Shown: piece after piece, positions 1 through 9,391 of the stretch | Numbering within the stretch: the stretch's first letter is position 1 | How the letters are laid out: the number at the start of each line of letters is the position of its first letter | Source of the DNA: an uncultured Actinomycetes bacterium | GTDB taxonomy: Bacteria > Actinomycetota > Acidimicrobiia > IMCC26256 > PALSA-610 | NCBI GenBank assembly: GCA_963836365.1 | Contig: CAWIJC010000002.1 | Location: 617,058 to 681,057, forward strand | Reading direction: 5' to 3' | DNA: 64,000 nt | The notes under the pieces: model-generated | The model's input: only the letters and a program-made list of their open reading frames with translations | Told to the model about the DNA's origin: nothing | Database searches by the model: none | Made by a program: the position numbers and the translations under genes

Positions 1-512
1 GGGCGAGGTCGTCTACCCCTTGCCGACCCGACCACAGGTGCTGCGTGACGGTGACGTGATCTGGGTCGACACCGGCATCAATCTGCACGGCTACGCATCT
101 GACTTCGGCGCCACGTGGATCGTCGGTGAGACGCCCGAGCATGCGCACGCGTGCAGTTCGCACAGTGGCGTGACGTCGTCGACCACGCGCTTACGGTCGT
201 GCGTCCGGGCGCGACGGCGGCCGATCTCGACGCGTGCGGCCGGCACAGCATCACGGCGCACTGCCCTGGTTGTCGTATTTCTACCTCGCACACGGGTGCG
301 GTACCGACAGCGCAGAGATGCCGTTCGTCGGCACCGACCTCGGCGACGACTTCGACGCGTCGCTCGTGATAGCGCCGGGCATGGTGCTCGTGCTCGAGCC
401 GGTGATCTGGGACGACGGCTACGCCGGTCACCGCTCCGAAGAGATCGTCGCCGTCACCGACGACGGATACACACGGCTGTCGTCCCGTGCCGAGCTCGAC
501 GAGTTCGCGTGA
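1..512 (+). pseudogene. M24 family metallopeptidase (Xaa-Pro aminopeptidase/creatinase-like), C-terminal portion entering from upstream of window; reading frame changes twice
   Basis: Frame 2 (1-150) reads DGDVIWVDTGINLHGYASDFGATWIVGETPEHAHA. Frame 1 (151-240) reads QFAQWRDVVDHALTVVRPGATAADLDA. Frame 3 (234-512) reads GMVLVLEPVIWDDGYAGHRSEEIVAVTDDGYTRLS. All are typical M24 catalytic-domain motifs; stop at 510-512. Confidence 0.55.
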
Positions 513-1526
513 GCGAGCGTCGGGAGCCGGAGCCGGAGCCGGAGCTGGAGCTGGCGCTCGACGTGATGGCGCGGCGCGGCATCGACGTGATGATGCTCGG
601 GCGCGAGGCGAACGCGCGCACCGTCGCGGGAACGACGCGCTTGTGGCTGGCGGGAACCCGCCCGTTCTCTCCCGGCTGCGTCGTCGTGCGCGACACGGGT
701 GCGGTGCACGTGTTGTCGAACAGCGACGACGCGGTGCCGGACGGCTTCCCCTTCGAGCGGCTGTTCGGCATCACGTGGAACCCGGCGAAGCTCGTCGCCG
801 CGCTCGCGTCGATTCCGGGCGTGCTCGACGCGCGCCGAATCGCAGTCGACGGCATGACGCCGATGATGCCGGCGCTGCTCGAGCAAGTCGCTCCCGGCGC
901 CGAGCTCGTCGATGCCGCGTGCGTGTTCGCGGAGCTGCGCGGCGACCGATCCCGCGCGCGCCGGCGGCGTGCGCGCCGCATCAGAGGTCGCATCGGCAGG
1001 ATTGCTCGCGATGGCCGATGCCCTACGCCCGGGGATACACCCGCGCACGTTGCGTGGCGCGTGCGCGGCGGCGTTCGCGATCTTCGGCGTGACCACGCCT
1101 GCGTTCGAAGGTGTCGCGTGCGCGCTCGGCGGCAGCGCCTCGACGTGGCTGCCGCCCGACCGTGTCTTCGTGGAGGACGATCGGGTCGTGTTGCGCGCCG
1201 GCGCGTTGCGCGACGGTTGGGAGGCGTCGTTCGCGCGCACCTACCGCGTCGGGCACCGCGCCTCTGCGGCGCTCGAACCGCCCCCGGGCTGGCACGCGCT
1301 CGTCGGCGCCTGCACGGCCGGCACGACCGCCGGTGCACTGCGGACGCGCGGCGCGCTCGTGCACGGCGTCGGGCGCGGCGTGGAACCGTGCGACGACGAC
1401 ACGGTGTTGACGCCCGGCATGACAATCGCCCTCGAGCTCGGCGGCCGCGACCGGGTGCACCAGGACATCGTCGAGATCGCGGGGTCGGGCACAGCTCACG
1501 CGCTACGCGTCGAGCCCCCGGGGTAG
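509..1526 (+). CDS. M24 family peptidase with creatinase-type N-terminal domain; one frameshift near 930-975
   Basis: GTG 509 overlaps the upstream stop. The N-terminal domain reads LDVMARRGIDVMMLGREANARTVAGTTRLWL...VLDARRIAVDGMTPMM. The C-terminal part is in frame 3 (912-1526): PGIHPRTLRGACAAAFAIFG...TVLTPGMTIALELGG. Confidence 0.6.
521..553 (+). repeat. hexanucleotide tandem repeat (GGAGCC/GGAGCT x5) encoding an (EP)n(EL)n tract at the peptidase N-terminus
   Basis: The repeat gagccggagccggagccggagctggagctgg is seen directly in the sequence. Confidence 0.7.
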
Positions 1527-3041
1527 CCACCACCACCGAAGTCCGCGTCGAGTGTGTCGTAGTCGGGGTCGGCACCGACTCGAGGAATTGCCTCGACGAA
1601 CACGATGTCGCGGGGCTTCTTGTACGACGCGATCCGCGCCTTGCAATGCGCGATGAGCTCGTCGACCGTCGCGGCACGGTCGTCACGCAGGACGACGACG
1701 GCCTTGACTGCCTGCACCCAGGTGTCGTCGGGTACACCGATCACCGCGCAGTCCGCGACCGCCGGATGCTGCTTGATGCAGTTCTCGACCTCGATCGGGT
1801 AGATGTTCTCCGCAGCCGACTTCAACATGCGCGTCTTCGGTCCGACGAAGGTGAACGATCCGTCGACTTCGAACCGGCCGAGGTCGTTCGTGTGGTGCCA
1901 GCCGTTCCGCGACCGGAACACGTTCAGCTCGGGCCGGTTCCAGTAGCCGCACATCACGGTCGTGCCACGCACTGCGATCTCGCCCACCTCGCCCGGATCG
2001 ACGTCGCGATCGCCCGGGTCGACCACGCGTACGTCGACGACCGGCGACGTGCGGCCGTGCAGGCCGATGGCGTCGGCACCGAGCAGGTTGAACGTCGCGA
2101 AGCCCATCACCTCACTCTGGCCGTACCCCCCTGCCCGCCGACCCCACGCGCTGTCGTCGCCCCGCACCCACGCGTCGAAGGTCGGGTTGCCGCGCTTCCC
2201 CCGCAACGACGACAAGTCGTAGCGTCCGTCCGCATTGGCGGCGACAATCGCGTCGACCATCGGGCCGACGACGAAGGCTCCAGTGCATCGATTGCGTTCG
2301 ATCGCGGCACACATCTCCGCACCGTCGGAACGGCGCACGAACACATTGGTGCCGCCGCTCACGAACGTCGAGAGGTTCGGCATGAACGTTCCGATGTGGA
2401 ACAGCGGGCCCGAGTTCAAGAACACGTAGCCGGCGTCAATCTCGGACCACGGCGCCATAAGCGCACCCTGCGCGATCAGCGCGCGAGACGGCAGCATCGC
2501 CGCGTTCGGGCGGCCGTCGAACGCGGCCGTGTAGATCAACAACAATGGTTCGGCGTCGTCGGCGTCAGCATCGGGATCGTCGATGTCGCGCCAGCACGCG
2601 TCCGACCCATGCCTCGTACTCGCCGTCGTCGTGCGCGATCCAGAGCGAATTCGTGTGCGTCGCGGCGGCACGCCCCGCGTGCACGGTTGCGTCGACCTCC
2701 TCGTGCTGCCACACGACGACACGTGGCTCGAGATCGTCGATGACGAACGCGAGTTCCTCGGGCTGCTGGCGCCAGTTCGCCGGGCAGAACAGCGCGCCGA
2801 GCTTGCAGCAGGCGAGCAGCAGTTCTTGGAGGCGAAACGAATTCTGTCCGAGCCACAACACACGATCGCCGTGACCGACGCCTTCGCCTCGCAAGGCGTG
2901 CGCGACGCGACTGGCGCGTTCGTTGGCGGCCCGCCACGTGAACGTCGTCTCGCCTTCGACGAGCGCAACGCCGTCGGGCCGTGAGCGCGCGTGACTGCGA
3001 AGCACGTCCGCCAGTGTCCGCCGTCCCGTACCGTTGCTCAT
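1496..3041 (-). CDS. AMP-dependent acyl-CoA synthetase/ligase (FadD-like); frameshift near 2570-2600
   Basis: The N-terminus (ORF 2565-3149, from MSNGTGRRTLADVLRSHARSRPDGVALVEGETTFTW) is the AMP-binding N-terminal region. The C-terminus (ORF 1496-2968) carries GYGQSE, GEIAVRGTTVMCGYWNRPE and KKPRDIVFVEAIPR motifs. Confidence 0.65.
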
Positions 3042-3114
3042 TCCGCTCCGCTCCCGACGTCCTCTCCACGACTCGCGCGGGCACTTCCCGAACGGTCGCG
3101 CCGCGCCTGGCTGC

Positions 3115-3537
3115 TCACAAGCGGAAGACCGGGATCGTCGTGCCGTCACGCACGTCGTACCAGTCGAGCGTCACGGGCGCGCCGATGCGCACGTCTTGCG
3201 GCTCGCAGTCGACGATGTTGGCGACGAGCCGGCACCCGTTCGTGTTCGGCAGCTCGATCACCGCGGCAACGAGGGGGAGCGCGTCGCGCACGGGTGGGAT
3301 GACCGCGTGCCGGATGACCGTGTACGAGTACACGGTGCCGTTGCCGACGTGCTCGACCCAGTCGAGGCCCTGGGCGCGGCACTTCCAACAGAACGGCGAG
3401 GGCGGCAGGCGGAACGTGCCGCATGTCGTGCAGCGCGGCACGACGAGACGATGTTGCGCGGTTGCCGCCCAGAACGGCTCGGTCGACGGACTGGGCGAGA
3501 GTTGGATCAGGTCTCCCGGCAACACGCCGTTCATCAC
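3115..3537 (-). CDS. DUF35 Zn-ribbon/OB-fold protein (thiolase partner subunit)
   Basis: MNGVLPGD...RCTTCGTFRLPPSPFCWKCRAQGLDWVEHVGNGTVYSYTVIRH shows the Cys4 ribbon plus OB fold typical of Ltp-associated DUF35 proteins. It lies directly downstream of ltp. Confidence 0.75.
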   Translation of the reverse strand: MMNGVLPGDLIQLSPSPSTEPFWAATAQHRLVVPRCTTCGTFRLPPSPFCWKCRAQGLDWVEHVGNGTVYSYTVIRHAVIPPVRDALPLVAAVIELPNTNGCRLVANIVDCEPQDVRIGAPVTLDWYDVRDGTTIPVFRL

Positions 3538-4727
3538 GCCCTCCTCAAGATCAGCGACGACACCGGGATCGACGCGGGGCCGCCGGTGACGAGCGCGATC
3601 TCCGCGTCCTCGACCTGGTTGATCGCGGCGCCTCGCATCTGCTCGACGGCTTCCATCACGTGGGTCATGCCGATGATGTACGCCTCGGAGAGGTTGCCGC
3701 CGTGCGTGTTGACCGGCAGCGAGCCGCCGGGCCACCGAATGTTGCCGTCACCGACGAACGGGCCGCCTTCACCGACCTTGCAGAACCCGTAGTCCTCGAG
3801 CTGCAGGATGACCATCGGGCTGAAGTGGTCGTAGACCAGCGCGACGTCGACGTCCTGGGGCGTCACGCCTGCCATCTCGTAGAGACGCCGGGCGACCGGG
3901 CGGTGTCCCGACGACGTGAACTCGTCGTCCGGCATGCCCATCCATGTGATCGCTTGCCCCCAACGACCGTGGCCTCCGTGTGCGGACGCCATCACGTACA
4001 CCGGCGGGTGCTCGAGGTCGCGCGCGCGCTCCGCACTGGTCGTGATCACCGCGACCGCGCCGTCGCATTCCAGGCAGAAGTCGTAAAGGCACAAGGGATC
4101 GGAGATCATCCGCGCGTTGAAGTAGTCGTCGCGCGTCAAGGGCTCCTTCATCAGCGCGTTCGGGCGGCGGATCGCGTTGTTGCGGGTCGAGATCGCGACC
4201 TCGCAGAAGTGCTCACGCGTTGTGCCGTACAGGTGCATGTGGCGCTGCGCGAGCACCGCGAACATCTGACCCGGCGCCATCAAGCCCGAAGGTTGGATGA
4301 AGTTGCCTTCGGGCGACGGGGGCGCGCTGTAGACCGCGCCCTTCTGACCGCGCGGCGCGAACGACGCGCCGAAGCGGCTCGCGGCTTGCTGCAACGTCAT
4401 CACCGACACGACACACTCGGCCATGCCGCTGTGGATCGCGGCGGCCGCCAGACCGACCGACCCTGCTGCGCCGCCTCCCCCGCCGGTGAGCATCGCGGTG
4501 AACCGCACGTCGCGCACGCCGAGCCATTGCGCGAACAGCGAGGTGTCGAAGCCCATGCTGTAGAGCGCGAACCCGTCGAGGTCGTCGACTGCGAGTCCCG
4601 CGTCCGCGAGGGCCGCCAGCGTGGCCTTTCCGGCGAGCTCCATCGCCGTCTGCGGCAACGACTCGCCACGCCGGTAGTACGGCGTCGCCCCCACCCCGAC
4701 CACCGCGGCCTTGTCCTTCAACGTCAC
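3534..4727 (-). CDS. SCP-x-type thiolase-like lipid-transfer protein (Ltp, nonspecific thiolase family)
   Basis: 398 aa from GTG 4727. VTLKDKAAVVGVGATPYYRRG...CLYDFCLECDGAVAVITTSAERARDL...NTHGGNLSEAYIIGM are thiolase-fold motifs. RBS GGAGGGG lies upstream. Confidence 0.8.
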   Translation of the reverse strand: MTLKDKAAVVGVGATPYYRRGESLPQTAMELAGKATLAALADAGLAVDDLDGFALYSMGFDTSLFAQWLGVRDVRFTAMLTGGGGGAAGSVGLAAAAIHSGMAECVVSVMTLQQAASRFGASFAPRGQKGAVYSAPPSPEGNFIQPSGLMAPGQMFAVLAQRHMHLYGTTREHFCEVAISTRNNAIRRPNALMKEPLTRDDYFNARMISDPLCLYDFCLECDGAVAVITTSAERARDLEHPPVYVMASAHGGHGRWGQAITWMGMPDDEFTSSGHRPVARRLYEMAGVTPQDVDVALVYDHFSPMVILQLEDYGFCKVGEGGPFVGDGNIRWPGGSLPVNTHGGNLSEAYIIGMTHVMEAVEQMRGAAINQVEDAEIALVTGGPASIPVSSLILRRA

Positions 4728-4739
4728 GCCGCATCCCCT

Positions 4740-4843
4740 CCAACAGTTGGCAGCGAAATCCGCGGTATGCGCGGGTTTTCCTGCCAACAGTTGGCAGCGA
4801 AAACCGCGGTATGCGCGGGTTTTCCTGCCATCAGGCGGTTGAA
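4740..4843. promoter_or_regulatory. candidate operator region: two 44-bp tandem units (4741-4784, 4785-4828) each containing the palindrome CCAACAGTTGG (4740-4750, 4784-4794; second copy extends to TGCCAACAGTTGGCA) plus an internal imperfect inverted repeat centred on GTAT; degenerate third copy 4821-4843
   Basis: Direct reading of the sequence. The first palindrome abuts the ltp RBS and start; the centres are 44 bp apart. Confidence 0.6.
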
Positions 4844-5940
4844 ACGCCGTACAGGCGACCGGCGTTGCCGCCGACGATCGCTTGCATCTCTTCCTCGGGC
4901 ACGCCGGCGAAGATGCGGGCGACGACTTCCTGGCTGTGCGGGAACGTGCCTTCGGGATGTGGATAGTCGCTGGCCCACAGCAACGGCTCGACACCGGTGA
5001 TCTCACGCGTCAGCAACGGCGCCCGGTCGGCGCCGAGCGTCACGTAACACTGGGTCCTCGCGTAGTGGCTCGGCGGTGCTGCGAGCTTCGGCTTCACCCA
5101 TTGCTCGTGCTCCTCGAACGCTTCGTCCATGCGCTCGCAGCAATACGCGAACCACCCCGCGCCGGTCTCGACGAACACCAGCCGCAGCCGCGGGAACCGT
5201 TCGAGCGCGCCCGACGCGCTGAAGTAGCACAGCGTCTCGGCCGAGAGCAGCCCCACCCTGGTGTAGTTGATCACCGCGCCACCCGGCCCGCGCTCGAACT
5301 GCGGCAGCGCGCCGGTGCCGGTGTGCAACGACAACGGCATCCCGGCCGAGCTCGCGATTTCCCACAGCGCGTAGTACTCAGGACGGTTGTACGGCAGGCC
5401 ATCGGGCGGCGACGTCGGGATCATCGCCGCCTTGAACCCGAGCTCGGCAACGCGCGCCAACTCCGCCGTCGCCGACGCGACGTCGCGCACCGGCACGACC
5501 GCGGCAGGAATGAACACGTCGGGACGCGCGAGGAACGACTCCGCGAGCCAGTCGTTGTACACCTGCGCGCACGCCATCTGGAGATCGGCGGCCGGGATCA
5601 TGTCGATGAACAATCCGAAGGTCGGATAGATCACCTCGGCGACGACGCCGTCGAGCGCCATGTCGCGCAGCCGCTGACCGAGGTCGGATGCGCCGGCCCC
5701 GAACCGGGGCCCGTGGCCACCACTGCCGCTCGCGCCGCCCACGTCGCCGTCGACGCGCGTCAGCTTGCGGTCGGGCATGCCCTCGATCGCCATCACGATC
5801 CACTCACCGCGGGTTTCGACACGCGGCCCCCGCGCCCGGAACGTCGGCGGCAAGCGCTCCTGCCACAGCGTCACCGGTTCGAACACATGATTGTCCGCGC
5901 TGATCAACGAACGCCGTTTCGTTTCCGTCGTCGTCACCAC
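4831..5940 (-). CDS. amidohydrolase family 2 (PF04909) metal-dependent hydrolase
   Basis: VVTTTETKRRSLISADNHVFEP...GFKAAMIPTSPP...LSLHTGTG...LWASDYPHPEGTF shows the HxH...D signature of amidohydrolase_2. Confidence 0.75.
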   Translation of the reverse strand: MVTTTETKRRSLISADNHVFEPVTLWQERLPPTFRARGPRVETRGEWIVMAIEGMPDRKLTRVDGDVGGASGSGGHGPRFGAGASDLGQRLRDMALDGVVAEVIYPTFGLFIDMIPAADLQMACAQVYNDWLAESFLARPDVFIPAAVVPVRDVASATAELARVAELGFKAAMIPTSPPDGLPYNRPEYYALWEIASSAGMPLSLHTGTGALPQFERGPGGAVINYTRVGLLSAETLCYFSASGALERFPRLRLVFVETGAGWFAYCCERMDEAFEEHEQWVKPKLAAPPSHYARTQCYVTLGADRAPLLTREITGVEPLLWASDYPHPEGTFPHSQEVVARIFAGVPEEEMQAIVGGNAGRLYGVSTA

Positions 5941-6566
5941 ACCACTCCTCCGTCTTCGATCTCGCCGCGCACCGCAGTCGGGGTCCGTTCGAACTGCTGC
6001 GCGCGTGGTTGCCGTGCGCTCACCACGATGCGGCCGTCGTCGACGTCGACCGACCACTCGTCGGCCGCGACGCGTGCAGGTGCGCCGGGTGCGCGCCCGA
6101 TCGCAACCGCGGGCGCGCACAACACGAAGCGCGTCGCCGCGATGCCGGCGCGCTCCAGCCGCTCGTACGCGCCCGGGTGGGCAGCAACGACGCGCACGCC
6201 GGCGAACAGATCGTCGTAGGCGCGCCCGCTCTCGTCGATCCCGTCGAGGAGCCCTTCGGTGATTCCGAACACCGCGTCGAACTCCATGAGCCGCAAGAAC
6301 ATCGCGACGCGTGCCGCCTCGCCCGCGGTCGCGTCCGCGCACGACAACCGTCCGCGGCAGAGAAACGTCCCGCACACGTAGGGCCAGAAGCTGCCCGCCT
6401 GCGACAGCATCGAGCACCACAGCACGCCGCGTCCCGCGATGTCGAGCATGCCGAGCACGTTCGTTGCCGATCCGATGTCGCGGTTGATCTCGTCGTGCGA
6501 GATACGCCACGGCACGCGCCGGCCGGCAGCGTCGACATACGAACCGATCCCCCACAGCGCGGTCAT
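5934..6566 (-). CDS. hypothetical protein (210 aa) translationally coupled to upstream PaaK-like ligase (ATGA overlap)
   Basis: ORF MTALWGIGSYVDAAGRRVPWRISHDEINRD...GEIEDGGVVW has no domain recognised by eye. Its start overlaps the PaaK-like stop, and it overlaps the amidohydrolase start. Confidence 0.45.
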   Translation of the reverse strand: MTALWGIGSYVDAAGRRVPWRISHDEINRDIGSATNVLGMLDIAGRGVLWCSMLSQAGSFWPYVCGTFLCRGRLSCADATAGEAARVAMFLRLMEFDAVFGITEGLLDGIDESGRAYDDLFAGVRVVAAHPGAYERLERAGIAATRFVLCAPAVAIGRAPGAPARVAADEWSVDVDDGRIVVSARQPRAQQFERTPTAVRGEIEDGGVVW

Positions 6567-7858
6567 TGCCGGGCCACTCGCGGGATCTTGTGCGGCGGGC
6601 CGAGCCGCAGCAGCGCCGCGTCCGGCACGAGCTCGACGTCGGGTTCGACACCGGCCGCGTCCAGCACCGCCGCGCGCACTGCCTCGCCGACCTGCGGCAC
6701 ACGATCCGCCCACTCGGGCGCGTAGCCCACACGCAATCGCAGCCGGTCGACCGCGCGTGCCCCTCGCACCACCTGGAAGAGGCCCATCGCGGACGCGTCG
6801 ACGGTCTCGATCGCCGCCCATACGTCGACCGGCAACACCGACACGCCGTCGACGACGACCTCGTCGCTCTTGCGGCCGAGCGGCCACATCCGCGCGTGGG
6901 TGCGTCCGCAGGCGCAGCGTTCGGTCGTGAGGCGCACGATGTCGTCGGAGCGATACCGCACCAGCGGCGCGATGCGATTTTCGAGCGACGTCGCGACGAG
7001 CTCGCACCGATCGCCGTCGGCATCGACGCCTTCGACGAAGACCGTGTCCTCCCAGAAGTGGAGACCGTCGTGCGCGACGCACTCGAACGAACCGGTGACG
7101 TCGCCGACGTTGCCGTGCTCGAACAGCTCGATGCCCCAGCTCTCCGCGAGTGCACGCGCACGGGGCGACAGCGGCTCGCCGGCGAACGTGACGCCCCGGT
7201 ACGACGAGAACACGTCGCGCGGATCGAGGCCGCGCCGGTCACATGCGTCCTTCACCGCGTTGACGAGCACCGAGCCGAAGTTGTAGACGGCCGTCGGGCG
7301 GTATTCGAGCGACAGCTCGCAGAACCGCTCCATCTCGTCGGGATCGAAGTCGAGGAGAATCGGCGTCGTGCCGAGCGATCCCTGGAAGAGTCCGTACGTC
7401 GGTCCGCGGAACGTGAACAACACGAGCGCGACGTAGTCACCGGGCCGCACGCCCCAGCCCCAGAGATCGCGCGTGATGATCGACGGTGTGCCGCCGTTGC
7501 CGCCCCACTGCTCGGGGACGAGCGTCGGATCCCCGGTCGTGCCCGACGTCGAGCTCGCGCCGGTGAGCTCCGATGGCGGGACGCAGAGCAGGCCGCCGTA
7601 GGGATCACCGTGATCGTCGCGGAAGTGGCGCACCGTGTCCTTGTCGGTGAACGGCACACGCTCGCGGAAGTCTTCGAGCGACCGAATGTCGCGCGGCTGC
7701 ACATTGGCGGCGTCCCACACCGACCGGATCAGCGTCGAGCGCTCGTACGCGTACGGCAGCAGCTCGGCGAGGCGCGTCCACTGCAGCTCCTCGAGCTCGG
7801 CGCGTGGCATGGTCTCGATCTCGGGGGCGTAGTACTGCTGATCGCGCGGCAGGCTCAC
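6563..7858 (-). CDS. phenylacetate-CoA ligase-like adenylate-forming enzyme (PaaK / coenzyme F390 synthetase family)
   Basis: YYAPEIETMPRAELEELQWTRLAELLPYAYERS...TSGTTGDPTLVP...YRSDDIVRLTTERCACGRT matches the PaaK family. Confidence 0.75.
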   Translation of the reverse strand: MSLPRDQQYYAPEIETMPRAELEELQWTRLAELLPYAYERSTLIRSVWDAANVQPRDIRSLEDFRERVPFTDKDTVRHFRDDHGDPYGGLLCVPPSELTGASSTSGTTGDPTLVPEQWGGNGGTPSIITRDLWGWGVRPGDYVALVLFTFRGPTYGLFQGSLGTTPILLDFDPDEMERFCELSLEYRPTAVYNFGSVLVNAVKDACDRRGLDPRDVFSSYRGVTFAGEPLSPRARALAESWGIELFEHGNVGDVTGSFECVAHDGLHFWEDTVFVEGVDADGDRCELVATSLENRIAPLVRYRSDDIVRLTTERCACGRTHARMWPLGRKSDEVVVDGVSVLPVDVWAAIETVDASAMGLFQVVRGARAVDRLRLRVGYAPEWADRVPQVGEAVRAAVLDAAGVEPDVELVPDAALLRLGPPHKIPRVARQ

Positions 7859-8433
7859 GAAAGCGCGCCGATCACGGGCGCGCAGAACCGCAATACATGC
7901 GCCTTCGCGTGCTCGCGCGTGATCGCGCCACCGGCGAGCCGCTCGGCGACGAGTGCCCATGCGATCGCGTGGATCGTGCGCGCGTCACGCGCGGGGTCCG
8001 TGGTCGGAAACGCCTGCAAGACGTCGGCCAGCGCACCGACGACGTCATCGACGATCGTCGCGAACTGACGTGGAAACTCGGCTTGCAGCCGCAGTCCTTC
8101 CTTGGCGAGCGGACGCGTCCGACGCGCACGGCGCGCATCGAAGCCCAACGCGAGCGTCTCGTCGAGCCACACGTCGAGCGCGTCTCGTGCGGACGCCGCG
8201 GCCGCCATTCGCTCGCGCAGTCGCGTCTGCGTGGCGCGGGCGTCGTGCTCGTAGATCGCGAGCACGAGTTCGTCCTTCGACGAGAAATGGCGGTAGAACG
8301 CGCGCGTCGACAGCCCTGCCTCTGCGAGCACGTCAGCCACGGTGAGGCTCGCCGAACCCTGCCGGCGGAGCACCGCGAGACCGGCGTCGATCAGCGCGCT
8401 GCGCTCGTCGAGCTGCGTCGTAGAGCCTGCCAC
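7855..8433 (-). CDS. TetR family transcriptional regulator
   Basis: N-terminal HTH LTVADVLAEAGLSTRAFYRHFSSKDELVLAI; GTG start at 8433. Confidence 0.8.
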   Translation of the reverse strand: MAGSTTQLDERSALIDAGLAVLRRQGSASLTVADVLAEAGLSTRAFYRHFSSKDELVLAIYEHDARATQTRLRERMAAAASARDALDVWLDETLALGFDARRARRTRPLAKEGLRLQAEFPRQFATIVDDVVGALADVLQAFPTTDPARDARTIHAIAWALVAERLAGGAITREHAKAHVLRFCAPVIGALS

Positions 8434-8438
8434 AGCGC

Positions 8439-8455
8439 TGAAAATGGCATTTTCA
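8439..8455. promoter_or_regulatory. AT-rich perfect inverted repeat TGAAAATG-G-CATTTTCA immediately upstream of the TetR start; candidate operator
   Basis: Seen in the sequence. It is AT-rich within a 70% GC background. Confidence 0.5.
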
Positions 8456-8474
8456 CACCTGCAAAGTCAAGGCC

Positions 8475-9274
8475 TTACGACTGAATTTGCCGCCGCCCGC
8501 GCTCGACGACCTTCAGCCGCCGCGCTTCGATCGACGCGGGGTCGAAGCCGGGCCCTTCCCACTCGCGGCTCACGCGCGACTCGATCTTCCAGCCTTCGTC
8601 GACCGTCGTGCCGGTGACCTCGTTGTACGTCTGGAGCATGCGCCGCACACCGGGCTGGTCGTTCGACACGATGTCGGCGGCGAGCGCCCGGCAGAACGGC
8701 AACAAGTCGTCGTGCGGGACCACCTCGTTCACCAGCCCCCATTCGAACGCGCGGCGCGCGTCGATGTAGTTGCCGGTCGCGCTCATCTGCTTCGCCCGCC
8801 CGACACCGATGCGTTGCGCGAGCAGCACTGTGAGTCCCCAGCCGGGCATGACCCCGACGCGCGAGTGCGTGTCGGAGAAGCGCGCTCGCTCCGACGCGAT
8901 CAGGAAGTCGCAGTTCAACGCGACCTCGAAGCCTCCGGTGACCGCAGCGCCGTTGATCGCGCCGATCAGCGGCTTCGTGTGCGGCGGCAGCGCGCCCGGA
9001 ACGACCCGCGCCCGTCTCCGACCTCGGCAAAACCCTCGCCCGGCTCGATCTGACCCGAGCCGAACTCCTTCAGGTCGACACCCGCGCAGAACGCCGGATC
9101 GGCGCCGGTGAGAATCATGACGTCGACGTTGTCGTCACCGTCGCCGCGCGAGATGGCCGCCGGCAGCGCGCGCCGCACGGCGCGGTTCAATGCATTCCGC
9201 TGCGCGGGCCGGTGCAGCGTGATGACGGCGACGCGATCGGCGACGTCGACCAGCACGACGTCGTCTTCAGACAT
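8475..9274 (-). CDS. enoyl-CoA hydratase/isomerase (crotonase family); frameshift near 8920-8990
   Basis: The N-terminal ORF 8966-9325 (MSEDDVVLVDVADRVAVITLHRPAQRNALN...ILTGADPAFCAGVDLKEF) and the C-terminal ORF 8475-8918 (ALNCDFLIASERARFSDTHSRVGVMPGWG...) are in different frames. Confidence 0.7.
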
Positions 9275-9391
9275 GACGGCACGATGATGCACGAGGGCGT
9301 CGCGGAGCGAGGAGCGCGAGCGCAACGACTGGCGGGAGCGACGAGCGTCCGCGAGGCCGGTATCCGGCCGCGCAGCGAGTGCGACTCGAAA

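Noticed and set aside
20-2743. 907-aa ORF on the plus strand
   Set aside because: Arg/Ala-rich translation overlapping three real genes in other frames and strands. Such long spurious ORFs are expected at 70% GC. Only its first about 45 aa (M24 motif) and the segment 509-950 are real coding sequence.
4741-4828. Possible CRISPR array (44-bp repeats) and the 14-bp repeats at 39108-39155
   Set aside because: There are only 2-3 contiguous units with no spacers, and the repeats are palindromic operator-like. No cas genes are present; this is not CRISPR.
4831-7242. 803-aa minus-strand ORF
   Set aside because: Only the last 369 aa (amidohydrolase, 4831-5940) are credible. The upstream part is an out-of-frame read-through across the hypothetical and PaaK-like genes, which are encoded in another frame.
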